This document shows positions 36,749 through 49,920 of a stretch of DNA of 64,000 nt, piece by piece; the stretch's first letter is position 1; each line of letters opens with the position of its first letter. Location: the NCBI GenBank assembly GCA_964016885.1, contig OZ024757.1, forward strand, positions 22,444,001 through 22,508,000, given 5' to 3'. A program made the translations under genes and the position numbers. The stretch is from Eledone cirrhosa. Lineage: Eukaryota. Under the pieces are notes generated by a model that saw nothing but the letters and a program-made list of their open reading frames with translations, searched no databases and was not told the origin of the DNA.

Positions 36749-37437
36749 TCAGTATTAGCAAAATGTGGTCTCCAGACCTGACTTGTCTCATAACATGACA
36801 ACATGCATGGAAAAATAGATGATAAATGATGATGACAATGACGATGAAGATGATGGTGATGATGATGGTGCAGATGATGGTGATGATGATGATGATTATG
36901 ATGATGATTATAAGTAGAGTTGCTTAATCAGGAAGCTCTAAAAACAGTCGAGATGACCAAAGAACTAAAAAAGATAAGGATCATTTGTGTATATGTGTGT
37001 GTATATGTATGCGTGTGTAAGTGTGTATATATGTATGTGTGTGTACGTGTGTATATATGTATGTGTGTACGTGTGTATATATGTATGTGTGTATACGTGT
37101 GTGTAGAAACGTGTGTGTCAGTGTATTTGTAATTCTGTGTGTGTGTGTGTGTGTAAGTGCATTTTAGTATGTGTGTGTATATATATGCAAGTGTGTCAGC
37201 ATGTGTAATTGTATGAACATGTTTACTTGTGTGCACATGTGGTGTGTGTCTGAGTGTGTTGTGTATGTGAATGTATGACTCCCATTGTCACCCTCTAATC
37301 CTCCCTCTCTCCTATCCCAACCCCACCACCCTTTCCCCCCCGCCCCCACCACCGCTCTCTTCTACTTCCAGTGCCCCACGTAATCAATGGTGTACACTCA
37401 CTGCACACTTAATAGCCAGAGCCAACATCTGAATGAT

Positions 37438-37444
<7 letters not shown>

Positions 37445-37477
<33 letters not shown>

Positions 37478-38387
37478 TGAGAAAGTGAGAGAGTGAGTGA
37501 GAGAGAAAGTGAGAGAAAGAGTGAGTGAGTGAGAGAGAGTGAGTGAGTGAGTGAGAGAGAGAGAGAAAAAGAAAAAGAGAGAGTGAGTGAGAGAGAAAGA
37601 GAGTGAGTGAGAGAGTGAGAGAGAGAGAGAGAGAGAGAGTGAGTGAGAGAGAGAGAGAGTGAGTGAGAGAGAGAGGGAGGAGAGAGAGTGAGTGAGAGAG
37701 AGAGGGAGAGAGAGAGTGTGAGAGAGAGTGAGAGAGAAAGAGAGAGAGTGAGTGAGAGAGAAAGAGAGAGAGTGAGTGAGAGAGAAAGAGAGAGAGTGAG
37801 AGAGAGAGTGAGTGAGAGAGAAAGAGAGAGAGAGAGAGAGTGAGTGAGAGAGAAAGAGAGAGAGTGAGTGAGAGAGAAAGAGAGAGAGAAAGAGAGTGAG
37901 TGAGAGAGTGAGTGAGAGAGTGAGAGAGAGAGGGGGTGAGAGAGAGAGGGAGTGAGAGAGGGGAGTGAGAGAGGGAGTGAGAGAGGGAGTGAGAGGGAGT
38001 GAGAGGGAGTGAGAGAGAGGGGGGAGTGAGAGAGAGAGTGAGAGAGAGAGAGTGAGAGAGAGAGAGGGGGGAGTGAGAGAGAGAGTGAGAGAGAGAGAGG
38101 GGGGAGTGAGAGAGGGAGTGAGAGAGAGAGAGAGAGGGAGTGAGAGAGAGAGAGAGAGAGGGGGGAGTGAGAGAGGGAGTGAGAGAGAGAGAGAGAGAGG
38201 GAGTGAGAGAGAGAGAGAGAGAGAGGGAGTGAGAGAGGGAGGTGAGAGAGAGGGAGTGAGAGAGAGAGGGGGGGGGGAGAGAGAGTGAGAGAGAGAGGAG
38301 GGGGGGGGAGTGAGAGAGAGAGGGGGGAGTGAGAGAGAGAGAGAGAGAGAGAGCTAGTTAGAGAGAGAGAGAGAGAGAGAGAGAGTG
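37445..38387. repeat. (GA)n/(GAGT)n polypurine-rich tract
   Basis: Seen directly in the sequence. Confidence 0.95.
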
Positions 38388-38444
38388 AATCCAGCAATGC
38401 TAATGCCTCTTTGCCACCATATTTAACTATTTCTGTTTTGTTCC

Positions 38445-38458
38445 GTGTGTGGGGGGTA

Positions 38459-38490
<32 letters not shown>

Positions 38491-38970
38491 ATCGTGCTTG
38501 TGCATGTATGTGTGCTTGTGCGTGTGTGTGATTGTGCATGTATGTGTGATTATGCGTGTATGTGTGCTTGTGTGTGTATGTGCTTGTGTGTTATTGTGTA
38601 TGTATGTGTGATTATGCGTGTATGTGTGCTTGTGTGTATGTGCTTTGTGATTATGCGTGTATGTGTGCTTGTGTGTGTATGTGCATGTATGTGTGATTGT
38701 GTATGTATGTGTGATTATGCGTGTGTGTGCTTGTGATTATGCGTGTATGTGTGCTTTGTGCATGTATGTGTGCTTGTGTGATTGTGCATGTATGTGTGAT
38801 TTTGCATGTATGTGTGATTGTGTATGTATGTGTGATTATGCGTGTGTGTGCTTGTGATTATGCGTGTATGTGTGCTTGTGCATGTATGTGTGCTTGTGCA
38901 TATATGTGTGCTTGTGTGATTGTGCATGTATGTGTGATTATGCGTGTATGTGTGCTTGTGTGTGTATGTG
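38445..38970. repeat. GT-rich compound repeat (GTGATTATGCGTGTATGTGTGCTT units)
   Basis: Seen directly in the sequence. Confidence 0.9.
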
Positions 38971-38989
38971 TTGAGCTGAAAGCTCTCAC

Positions 38990-39093
38990 CATGCAATACG
39001 CTATTAAAAACACGTAAAATGACCTTGACCTCCTCCCTATCTTGATCTGCTTCATGACCTTTCTTCGGCTTTTTTTGTGAATGTGCAGTGACA
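38990..39093 (-). CDS. Candidate 104-nt internal exon (VTAHSQKKPKKGHEADQDREEVKVILRVFNSVLH), product unknown
   Basis: Minus strand has a long pyrimidine tract, TTAG acceptor, an open frame and a G|GTGAGA donor. No homology recognised. Confidence 0.25.
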
Positions 39094-39101
39094 CTAACAA
39101 T

Positions 39102-39250
39102 GAGAGAGAGGGGGGGATAAAGAGAAGAAGAGGGAAAGGAGAGAAAGTGTGAGAGGGAGAGGAGAGACAGCGAGTGAGATAGGGACAGAGAAACAAGGAG
39201 AGAAAAGGGGAATAGAGAAAAAGAGAGAAAGGGGAAAGAAAGAGAGGGTG

Positions 39251-39288
<38 letters not shown>

Positions 39289-39955
39289 TACAGAGAAAGG
39301 GTGATAGAGAGAGGAACAGAGAAAGGGAGAATGAGGGACAGAGTGAGAGAGAGAGAGAGAGAGAGACAGAGAAAGAGTGAGGGGAGGGGTAAGAGAAAGG
39401 GTGAGAGAGAAAGGACAGCGAGAGGAACATAGAAAGGGAGAATGAGGGACAGTGGGAGAGAGAGAGAGAGACAGAGAAAGAGTGAGGGTAGGGGTAAGAG
39501 AAAGGGGTGAGAGAGAAAGGGACGAGAGGAACATAGAAAGGGAGAATGAGGGACAGTGGGAAAGAGAGAGAGAGGGGGAGAGAAAGAGAGAGAAAAGGAG
39601 AGAGAGAGAGAGAGAGAGAGGGGGAGAGGGGGAGAGAGAGAGAGAGAAAAGGAGAAGAGAGAGAGAGAAGGAGAGAGAGAAAAGTGAGAGAGAGAAAAGG
39701 AGAGAGAGAAAGAGAGAGAAAAGGAGAAAGAGAGAGAGAGAGAGGAGAGAGAGAAGAGAGAGAGAAAGAGAGAGAGGAGAGAGAGAGAGAGAGGAGAGGA
39801 GAAAGAGAGAGAAGGAGAGAGAGAAGGAGAGAGAGAGAGAGAGAGAAGGAGAGAGAGAGAGAGAGAGAGAAGGAGAGAGAGAGAGAAGGAGAGAGAGAGA
39901 GGGAGAGAGAGAGGGACATAGAAAAGGAGAATGAGGGACATAGAAAGGGAGAAAG
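39102..39955. repeat. Polypurine (GA/GGA) tract
   Basis: Seen directly in the sequence. Confidence 0.95.
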
Positions 39956-41042
39956 GGGCCTGTTTTCTTTTCCTTTAAGAAATCAAGCTGTCATTAGACA
40001 ACATATGCAGTTCTGTCTGCTGCATCCCAAATACAAATGCACCATTTAAAATGCCTTCCATGAACACATTCTGCAAACGCAGCCAGAGAAATAACCCCCA
40101 CCCCTCCCCTCCCCACCCCTCCTTATTTATTCTTCAGCAAAAAATATTTTGTGTTGCCAAAAAGAAAAAAAAAAAAAATAATAATCATAATAATAAATAA
40201 ATCAAATAAATAAATAAATGGAAATGCCATCTTAAAATGGAATTGTGGGAAATTCTTTCATCCGTAAAAATAATTGAACCTGCGATCATCATCATCATCA
40301 TCATTATTAGTATTAGTAGTAGTAGTAGCAGCAACAGCAGTACCACCACTATTACAATTATTATTACTATTAATATTACTAATCCTATTATTACTGTTAC
40401 AATTATTATTATTATTATTATGTCAAACTGCTTGTTGTAAAGCTTTCATCTTTGATCAAAGATTCGAAATGTTTTCACCGTGCACAGTTTATATGGAGAT
40501 TGTGTAACATCAATTGTACATTTGCCACAACCAATCTGTTTGTTTTGTTGAAATGCCATAAACCATCGAGCAGAGTCATATTTTTAATGGCATCAACGGA
40601 ACAAAACAACAAATACACAACAAAGCAACAACTATTACACACAAACACACCCCAAAAAAAACTATCTAAAACATTGAAAAATAAAATAATTGCAATGGGT
40701 TGAATTTATTGCAGATATAAACCCCCATATCAGCTGCAGATTGATAACTGGATACACAAACAGAAACAGGGTGGATGTTATGTAACTGAGGTACAATGAA
40801 ATGATGCAGATCTTTCCTTTATATTTGCATTACATGCGAGAAGTTGACTTGATTTCATTGCAATACAAGGCAAGAGCAAAAGAATTATTGAGCTGACTGT
40901 TGATGTGACACTTTACAGAGGCTTATTGACTCTGCAGCCTTTAGCTTGTTCATTCAATGCTTGCATAATCACAGCTAACATGTGTGTTGTTAATTCCATG
41001 TATCCAGTGCCCAGTAACCAGTGGAGATGAATCAGCTTTAAA

Positions 41043-42243
41043 TACCGTATGTACTCAAGTAATAGTTGATTAAATGTGAAAGTCAACACCCTAATTTGGG
41101 CAAAAATATCTGGAATTTTCAATAGCCCTCATATAAAAGTCAACTCTAGTATTTCACAGATAACAGGTCAACATTTGTGGGTCAAGGTATCATCCTGTTC
41201 GTAGAAATAAGTTACAAAATTGTCATGAATTTAAAGCAAATTTATATTATTGCGAATGTATGTGTGAAACTAAAACATTACCCAAATATGTCCCTACCTT
41301 ACTGTAGCCTGCCCTATAACTAGAATGCTCAGTGTTTATAGCACAACACCATATACTAGCAAGTACTACACAACTGTTGATGGGTGTTATATCACCATTA
41401 CTAAAATGTATGCACAAGATATGTTGCAAGCCTGCAACCTTTATATTCTCCTCATTTCCAAACACAATAAAGACACGCATCAGTGCTCATCTCATTATCT
41501 GTTTACAGGGTGAGAAATGGGTTTCACAGCGAGAACATAAAAGAGCAAGTGTAAATATTTATAAGAGCTACGCAGTCTTGTTTATGGATTTTGTTATTTA
41601 CTAGGCACATGGCTTAGTGGTTAGAGCATTAGGCTTGCAATCGAAAGGTTGTGAGTTCAATTCTCAGCCCGGATGATGTGTTGTTTCCTTAAGCAAGGCA
41701 CTTTATTTCACATTGCTCCAGTTTACTCAGCTGTAGAAATGATGATGATAGGACAGGGGTCCCTATCATTCCACTGCAAAGTGGTCGTGGAGGTACCACG
41801 GCACAAAAGCACCCAGCACTCACTGTAAAGTGGACGTGTAGGCGCCACGGAAAAAAAAGCACCCAGCACTCACTGTAAATGAGGTTGGTGTTAGGAAGGG
41901 CATCCAGCTGTAGAAATCAAGCCAGAATCAGTTCCCGTATGAGCAAGACAAAGTCAGCCGACCGGACACTGCCCACAACAGGACAACCCGTCTAACCCAT
42001 GTTAGAGTGGAAGAACGGGCGTAAAATGGTGATGGTGATGAAGATAACTAGGACGTGTATTTTGATGTAGAGAATCGGTAATATTACTGTAATTCATTGT
42101 GTTTATGTTTTTATTCATTTAGAGATTAGTTGGGCTGTTGCTACTCATACAGTCCAATGGATTCTAGCTTGAATTTCAAGTCACTCAAAATTAAACCTTA
42201 AAACATGGTTTTTAAAATTTGACTTTTACATGAATATATAGTT
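41043..42243. mobile_element. Possible decayed pogo/Tc1-like non-autonomous element containing a SINE insertion
   Basis: Left end TACCGTATGTACTCAAGTAA and right end GACTTTTACATGAATATATAGT are loosely complementary. Confidence 0.35.
41603..42041 (+). mobile_element. Full-length SINE family A, long-tail variant
   Basis: tRNA-like head; 3' ~270 bp near-identical to the RTE 3' UTR at 6435-6705. Confidence 0.92.
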
Positions 42244-42605
42244 TATTTCAGCTTTAACGATAGTCCAGTGCTAACTATAGTCCAGTGCTAACTATAGTCC
42301 AGTGCTAACAAGAACACTGCCAACAACAATACCAGCAACAAAAATAACATCAGTACCAACACCACCACCACCAGTACCACCACTACCAGTACCACCACCA
42401 CCACCAGTACCACCACCACCACCAGCAATAACACTACCAACAACAACATTAGAGAAGGTAATTAGTTCCCTCTGATTAGCAATACATTCCTCATCTCTCT
42501 CTCTCCCTCTCTCTCTATGATAGAGAATAAGATCAAGTTTAGATTTACATCATATTTACATCTGTCTTTACTCAGGGCTGGATATTATTATATTGTCTTC
42601 TGATA

Positions 42606-42980
42606 ATACACACCACCACCACCTCTACCATCAACACTACCACTAACACCACTGCCACTACCATTAACACCACCACTAACACCACCACTAACACCACTAA
42701 CACTGACGCCACCAACACCACCATCTGTGATACCACCTCTACCATCAACACTACCACTAACACCACTGCCACTAACACCACGACTAACACCACCAACACT
42801 GACACCACCTCTACCACCAACACCACCATCTCTGCAACCACCTCTACCATCAACACTACCACCAACACTATCACCAATACAATTAACACTAACACTACTA
42901 CAGCCACCACCACTACCACTAACATCACCTCCACTACCACTAATACAGCCACCACCACCACCAATACCACCACAACTACA
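42606..42980. repeat. Degenerate (ACC/ACT)n trinucleotide array
   Basis: Seen directly in the sequence. Confidence 0.9.
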
Positions 42981-43121
42981 TCTGAAAATGTTTGTTGAAA
43001 CAGATATTGTTATACAACTAAGCAACCATCCAGTTATGAAACTAACCAACTGGGAGTTTATAATAAATTGAAAGGAAAACCAACAGGTGCATGTGTTTTT
43101 ATTGGCAGCATGACCCTTCCA

Positions 43122-43161
<40 letters not shown>

Positions 43162-43253
43162 GAACGATCGACTTTCGTCAAATCGGACCGAGGGAACAAT
43201 GTTTCCGTTGGTCTTTCCAATTGCTAATACTATCTATCGGTCGCAACTCCAGG

Positions 43254-43374
43254 TAGAAGGAGCAACGTGAAATAAAGTGTCTTGCTCAAGGACATAACGC
43301 ATCACCTGGTCCAGGAATCGGACTCACAACCTTACGATTGCGAATCCAATTCTCTAACCACTCAGCCACACGCC
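43254..43374 (-). mobile_element. SINE head fragment (A/C type)
   Basis: GGCGTGTGGCTGAGTGGTTAGAG..GAGTCCGATTCC..TTGAGCAAGACACTTTATTTCACGTTGCTCC. Confidence 0.8.
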
Positions 43375-43477
43375 ATATATCCAATATGGCCAAATGAATA
43401 TGCACGTATGTTTTTTTTTCCCCCCAATTTTTTTTCTTATCCCCCTTCATCACTCTTTACTTTCTATTTATCTTCTA

Positions 43478-43511
43478 TTTCTGATGAAAGACTAGTGTCC
43501 GAAACGTTAAG
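43478..43511 (+). ncRNA. Minimal hammerhead ribozyme motif
   Basis: TTT-CTGATGA-AAGACTAGTGTCC-GAAA-CG-TT-AAG; downstream flank homologous to 3212-3305. Confidence 0.65.
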
Positions 43512-43819
43512 GATCTCTTCCCGCTATTTCAAGCGTTAAACAAATATATTTCTTCCATGTACTGTGCTGTTATTTTTGTTATTTTTGTTATTACTTTTAC
43601 ATATATATATACACATACATACATACATGCATATATCCAAGAGTGTAAGGTGCAGGATTTTCTATGGCTTACCACACTGGTAAATTATCAATGGTTTCGT
43701 CCTTGGTTTACTGAGAACCTATACTACCACTGAATATTGTCAATTTGTACAAGCAGATGGAAAATATATATTCATTCCTTTATTGCTACTTAACATCCCA
43801 ATTAAAGGTCTCATAATGT

Positions 43820-44135
43820 GAAGGCATGTGGCTTATTAGTTAGAGTGTTGGGCTGGCAATTGGGAGATTGTGAGTTCAATTCCAGGATTGGGTGATACGT
43901 TGTGTCCTTGAGTAAGATACTCAGCTGTAGAAATGATTTACGACATCACTAGTGCCAAGTTGTATCAATCTTTGCCTTGCCCTTGAACAACATAAGTGGC
44001 ATGGAAAGGGGAGACTGGTTTGTATGGGTTACTGTTGGTCTTCCACAAATAACCTTGCTCAGACTTTGTGCCTCCAAGGGGAACTTTCTACAAGTATATT
44101 CCATGGTCATTTGTAACTAGAGGGGTTCTTTACCT
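43820..44135 (+). mobile_element. SINE family C
   Basis: Homologous to 2606-2940. Confidence 0.8.
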
Positions 44136-44445
44136 TTCTAAATGTCTTATAGTTTGTTGGGTATTGTCTAGGTGTCCGTAAACTGTTTGTAGTAAATGTT
44201 GGAGCAAGTTTATAGATTTATAGAACTATCCAACCCACATGAATGAGAAACAACAAAAAAGTTATCTAAAAAACATGGGGGGAGGGGAGGGGGTGAGAAA
44301 GAAAAAACGGAAATCAAGCAACAAGTAAAACGGAAAAAAATATAACACCTCTCATTATGATTAATGAGAGAAATCTTAGAGCAGAAGATAAACTTAATAG
44401 AGCAGGAAATAAAAAAAGAAAAGAACAAGGATAGAACAACAAAAA

Positions 44446-45132
44446 TAATTGTTTCTACTTTAGGCACAAGGCCAGCAATTACCCAGTGCATTACTGGTAC
44501 TTTATTTTATCGACCCCCGTAAGGATGAAAGGCAAAGTTAACCTCGGCGGGTTTTGAACTCAGATCATAAAAGGACGTAACTATGCTGGAAAGCATGGCG
44601 TCCGACCCTCTACCAATACTGCCAATCCACCATCTATAACAAAAATAATAATAATGGTTTCTTATATAGTCACAAGACCAGAAATTTTAGGTGAGGGGGA
44701 AAGTTGATTAAATCAACCCCAGTGTATTACTGGTACTTTATTTTATCGACCTTGTAAGGATGATAGGCAAAGCCAACCTCAGCAAGATTTGAACTCAGAC
44801 CGTAAAGGGCCGTAACTCTGTGCTGCAAAGCATTTGTCTGATGCTCTACTGATTCTGTTAATCCACCACCCTTATAACAATAATAATATATTAACAATAA
44901 CAACAATAATATGATTTTTAGTATAGGCACAAGGCAAGTAATTGGGGGGGGGGGCAGGGGAGTCGATTAAATCAACTCCAGTACATTACGGGGTTGATAA
45001 AATAAAGGACCAGTAAGGATGAAAGGCAAAGTTAACCTCGGCGGGATTTGAACTCAGACCATAAAGGGCCGTAAACTCAATGCGGCAAAGCATGGCATCC
45101 GACCCTCTACCAATTTTGTCAATCCACCACCT
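44446..45132 (-). mobile_element. Three tandem SINE family B copies
   Basis: Cores at ~44520, ~44757 and ~45015. Confidence 0.88.
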
Positions 45133-45914
45133 TTATAACAATAATAATATTATAACAACAACAACAACAACAATAATAATAATAACTAACATCACCGACA
45201 GCATTAACAAACTAAAAAACAGTTATATCTGCAACAAAATCATTGTAACAAACAAGTTCAGTTTGTGTGTTTCAATATGCTGTAGTGTTCTTCAATGTAA
45301 TGCAGGGCTCAATTGCAATAAAGCGGATGGATGGCTTAATTGAATTCGTTTGTTCAGCCATTGGTCAATGGTAGATTTAATTGCATGCGTGTGTATTCCA
45401 AGAAATCTATTGTATTGATTCTCAACTACAAAAGTAGTAACCATCTAGATTTCAATATTGCTAGCGATGCAGCTTCCTGGCTGTTTTTCTTTATGTTACC
45501 ACCACAGATATATCATTCACACAAACACAAATAACAATAATAATAATGATAACAACAACAACAGTAACAGTAACACAATCAACCTTCCAGTAACCATAAC
45601 AATACCACTGATATTGCATGCAACAGAATTTTTATGGAAGCAAAACAAAAGAAAAGAAAGCAGTGAAACAAAACGAAAAAAAACTGTTGAGATTTATTTT
45701 TAATGAGCTGATATCTCTCCACGTGAGAGAAAAAATACAATAAAAATAGAAAAAACTAGATAAAACAAAAATATAACCTATAGTATATTTGTTTTGTTTT
45801 ATTTTTTAGATTTGTATATTTTTGAAATATATATTCTGGAAAGATCTACAACTTTGGGTACCCGAAACTGTAATGAAGATGAAACTAAAGCTGATTACAG
45901 TCCTAATTCCTCTG

Positions 45915-46190
45915 GGGTGGGTTGGGTTGGTTTGGATTGGGTTGCCTTGGGATAGGTGAGATTGGTTTGGGTAAGGTTGACTTGGGTTGGGTTGGGATAG
46001 GTTGGGTGAGATTGGTTTGGGTTGGTTTAGGCTGGGTAAGGTTGACTTGGGTTGGGTTGGGATAGGTTGGGTGAGATTGGTTTGGGTTGGGTTAGGCTGG
46101 GTAAGGTTGGGTTGGGTTGGGTTGGGATAGATTGGGTGAGATTAGTTTGAGTAGGGTTAGGTTGGGTTAGCTTTGGTTGGGTTGGGTTGA
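45915..46190. repeat. Degenerate (GGTTG)n pentamer array with a ~65-bp higher-order unit
   Basis: Seen directly in the sequence. Confidence 0.9.
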
Positions 46191-46262
46191 GCTCTGTTGG
46201 GCAATGATGGTTTCACTTTACAAACAATTGCTAAACAGCAAAACTATGTTTAATCCTTCTGT

Positions 46263-46722
46263 GACCATTTCCAGGTGGTAGATTAGACCATTTCAAGGTG
46301 GTAGATTAGACCATTTCCAGGTGGTAGATTAGACCATTTCCAGGTGGTAGATTAGACCATTTCAAGGTGGTAGATTAGACCATTTCCAGGTGGTAGATTA
46401 GACCATTTCAAGGTGGTAGATTAGACCATTTCAAGGTGGTAGATTAGACCATTTCAAGGTGGTAGATTAGACCATTTCCAGGTGGTAGATTAGACCATTT
46501 CCAGGTGGTAGATTAGACCATTTCCAGGTGGTAGATTAGACCATTTCCAGGTGGTAGATTAGACCATTTCCAGGTGGTAGATTAGACCATTTCCAGGTGG
46601 TAGATTAGACCATTTCCAGGTGGTAGATTAGACCATTTCCAGGTGGTAGATTAGACCATTTCCAGGTGGTAGATTAGACCATTTCCAGGTGGTAGATTAG
46701 ACCATTTCAAGGTGGTAGATTA
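46263..46722. repeat. 23-bp minisatellite x20 (GACCATTTC[C/A]AGGTGGTAGATTA)
   Basis: Counted period 23; a single polymorphic position. Confidence 0.98.
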
Positions 46723-46959
46723 GATATTAGAAACATTAGCAAAAATATTAGAAAGGAGTAATATGGTCATGAATCTTGGGTAATAACCAAAAGAATATGA
46801 TTGCAAATACAAGCAGCTGATATGGAGTTCCTGAGAAGGGCCTTTCGAGTTATGTTGCTGAATAGAGTGCATAGCTCAGACATCAGAGAGTCACTCCAGG
46901 TAGAGTCACTATTTCTCTGAATTGAGAGATTACAGCTCTGATACTATGGGCATGTGGTT

Positions 46960-47965
46960 AGAATGTTTAAAGAAAGAATCGCTGGACAGACTTTACATGC
47001 AAACCAACTGCACAGGTGCAGTAAGTAGCAAGAGTTCTCAGGATACAATCTCCTTTAAATGCCCAGAGGGCTCTGTAGAAGGAGTAGATAGTTTCTGTTA
47101 CCCGAGTGACAAAATTAGCAGTGGAGGAGGGTGCTCTGAAAGCACAGTAGCCAGAGTGAAAACGGGCTGGAGAAAGTTCAGGGAGTTACTACTGCTGCTA
47201 ACTACGAAAGGTTTTTTCCTCACAATGAATGGCAGACTGTATAATGCATATATACAAAAAACAATGTTGCATGGTAATGAGACCTGGGAACTATGTGTAG
47301 AGGACCTGCAAAGATTGGAAAGAAATGAAGCTTACATGCTTCAATGGATGTGCAATAGTAATATACATGAACAGCAAAGCATAAATGAACTGCGAGAGAA
47401 ATTAGGCATAAGAGGGATCAGATGCAGTGTCCAGGAGAGGAGATTGCATTGGTATAGACATGTGATGTGTATGAAGGATGACAGCTGTATAAAAAGATGC
47501 AGAGCATTCACAGTCGATGGAAGCTATGGAGTAAGCAGGCCTAGGAAGACTTGGGATGAGTTGGTAAAAGCTAACCTTGCACAATTGCAACTCTCAAAGG
47601 TAATGACACAGGACTATGATCTCTAGTATGCATCACCTTCCATCCCCTCCCGCACGTTGGAATCACCTCATCCCTATATATACCTCCCCCGATTCCCCAT
47701 GCATTCCCAATCCACGCTTATAATGCTACCATCCTGCAGTCACAATACACACCCAGTCCTCACTAAAGTGCTCATGTAGGTGTCATGACAAAAAGCACCC
47801 AGTACACACTGTAAATGTGGTTGGCGTTAGGAAGGGCATCCAGCTGTAGAAACTAAGCCAAAACCAGTTCTGTATGAGCAAAACACTGTCCTCTGACCTA
47901 GCTGTCTCACAACAGGACAACTTGTCTAACCCATGTTGACATGGAAAATGGACATATGATGATGA
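46960..47965 (+). mobile_element. 5'-truncated RTE LINE (RT C-terminal remnant plus 3' UTR)
   Basis: ORF 46922-47626: VDSFCYPSDKISSGGGCSES..GWRKFRELL..RRLHWYRHV..SRPRKTW; (GAT)n tail. Confidence 0.9.
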
Positions 47966-49335
47966 TATATGTATAAATATATATTGAATCCAATCCCAGA
48001 CCTCACTCCTATTGGAGGAACTCCTCCCTGGTTGAGCTCCACTGCTTTCTGTTTGGTTTTGGTCATGTCTTGGGTGTAGCCGTACTCACCACACTCAGCC
48101 AAATGTAGGCTGGTGAGGTTATTTAACCTATAGTTGGGGTGGGTGGACATTAACTCTGGGGAGTTCATTGACCCTTTTAACAGCTCTTCTTTTTTTGTGC
48201 TGCTGGGGTTCTACTTACCCTCCTTGAAAATATCATATAAGATCTCCCAGCTGTTCCTATGAGAGCAGGATCATAGGAAAGGAAAAAAAGTATTTCAAAA
48301 TATTTTCCATGCTGCCAAAAATTAGGTAAAGCACATCATGTCCAGCATGAAGAAAATTGTCTTGAAAATATATTCCATACCAATTTATTGGAAATGTCTG
48401 TGGCATGCTAATAGCTCATTCTTTAAGGTTCTGTAAACTAAGATTATATAAGATCTCCCAGCTGTTCCTATGACAGCATGGTCGTAAACTGAATGGTTGT
48501 GGTTGTTGTTACAGAAATGGTGATAATCATATTGGGATTCCATCAATATGGAAGGAAAATTGTTCACATTTCCTCATCGTTGGAGACTAACTAATATATC
48601 AAAACGGACAGGAGAAGCCATCAAATGCATAACAACATCATATCACACACTTCTTCCTCTTGTGTAATCCCATAGTGATATATAAAATTCCTGGTAACCT
48701 TGTTTGCTTCGTTATCATTCATAGTAACGATATATTGATAAAAGACTTTCATTCTTTGCAATTATGCTTCACTTCTATATCATATATATATATATCATAT
48801 ATATATATGATATTTATATATGTATATATATACAGTTTGTTAGTTTAGTTGTTTCTTGTGGATTTGTGTGTGTGTGTGTGTGAGAGAGTCTGTCTCTCTC
48901 TCCCTCTCTCTCTCTCTCTGTACGTGTGTGAGTGTATCTGTCTGTGTGTGTATGTTTGTCTGTGCATGCGTATCCATCCCTGTATGTGTGTGTGTGTGTT
49001 TATTTTAGTTTTCAAATGATTAATTAATGACAAGTATGGAATCGACAATTGACCACCGACCACCACCAACCATTACCAGCAACCATTACCAACCACCACT
49101 GACACACAGTAGTTCTCTCATCTCATCCATTATGAAATATCAACTTGACATCTTATTATTTGTCAATAATATTCAAAGCTGAAAGAAAAGGTTCCTGTGA
49201 TATTAAAAAAAAAAAAAAAAATACCTCCCAAACACCCTCCACATCCTCTCCCACCCATGACACCACCACCACCACCACAAAAACTAAAACAAAACAAAGA
49301 AACCCCACAAAACTTTGCCTCTTGACATTAAAGAA

Positions 49336-49690
49336 TCATCATCATCATCATCGTTTTACGTCCGTTCTTCCACACTAGCATGGGTTAGACGGGGTGTCCT
49401 GTTGTGGGCAGTATCCGGTCGGCTGACCTTGTCTTGCTCATACGGGAACTTGATTCTGGCTTCATTTCTACAGTTGGATGCCCTTCCTAACACCAACCTC
49501 ACTTACAGTGAGTACTGGGTGCTTTTTTGCCGTGGCACCTCCACGTCCACTTTACAGTGTGGGCTGTGTGCTTTTTTGCCGTGGCACCTCCAAGACCACT
49601 TTACAGTGGGAGGGTGTGGGGGAATATTGTCTATATGCTTCAGCTTCGGCCTGTTCCTGTGGCGGGGGGGGGGGGGTCTTCTGTATTATT
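49336..49690 (-). mobile_element. RTE 3' end (subfamily of 5667-6705)
   Basis: Reverse complement of about 6365-6705. Confidence 0.9.
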
Positions 49691-49920
49691 GAAATTTTTA
49701 TCAAAAATACTGATTAACTGGTTTTGTAGACTAACAACAATTATTTCTCACATTGAAACAAGGCCAGAAACATGAGGCGGTAAGAAAGGAAAAGTCAATC
49801 ATATGACCCCAGTACCTCACTGGTACTTTATTTTATCAATCTTGGCAACATGAAGATCAATATTGACCTCAGTCAGATTTGAACTCAGTGGTTGACTAAA
49901 AAACAGAAATAACTGTCAAT

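Noticed and set aside
37384-40049. 373-, 408- and 353-aa SL/RE-repeat ORFs
   Set aside because: (GA)n/(CT)n tracts; only the short unique island at 38990-39093 was kept as a candidate.
42572-43220. Gly/Val- or Pro/Thr-rich ORFs resembling structural proteins
   Set aside because: Degenerate (ACC)n array open in several frames, with no clear splice or start context.
45915-46190. Interstitial telomeric repeat
   Set aside because: The unit is GGTTG-like; TTAGGG is not arrayed.
46263-46722. CRISPR-like array (23-bp repeats)
   Set aside because: No spacers; a simple VNTR.
46922-47626. Functional reverse transcriptase gene
   Set aside because: Only the C-terminal part is present, without the YADD catalytic region or endonuclease; a 5'-truncated copy. 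The same applies to 5666-6402 and 56216-56854.
48236-48473. 27-bp direct repeat TATAAGATCTCCCAGCTGTTCCTATGA (48236 and 48447) as LTR or TSD
   Set aside because: No recognisable element between the copies; cannot be interpreted beyond a local duplication.
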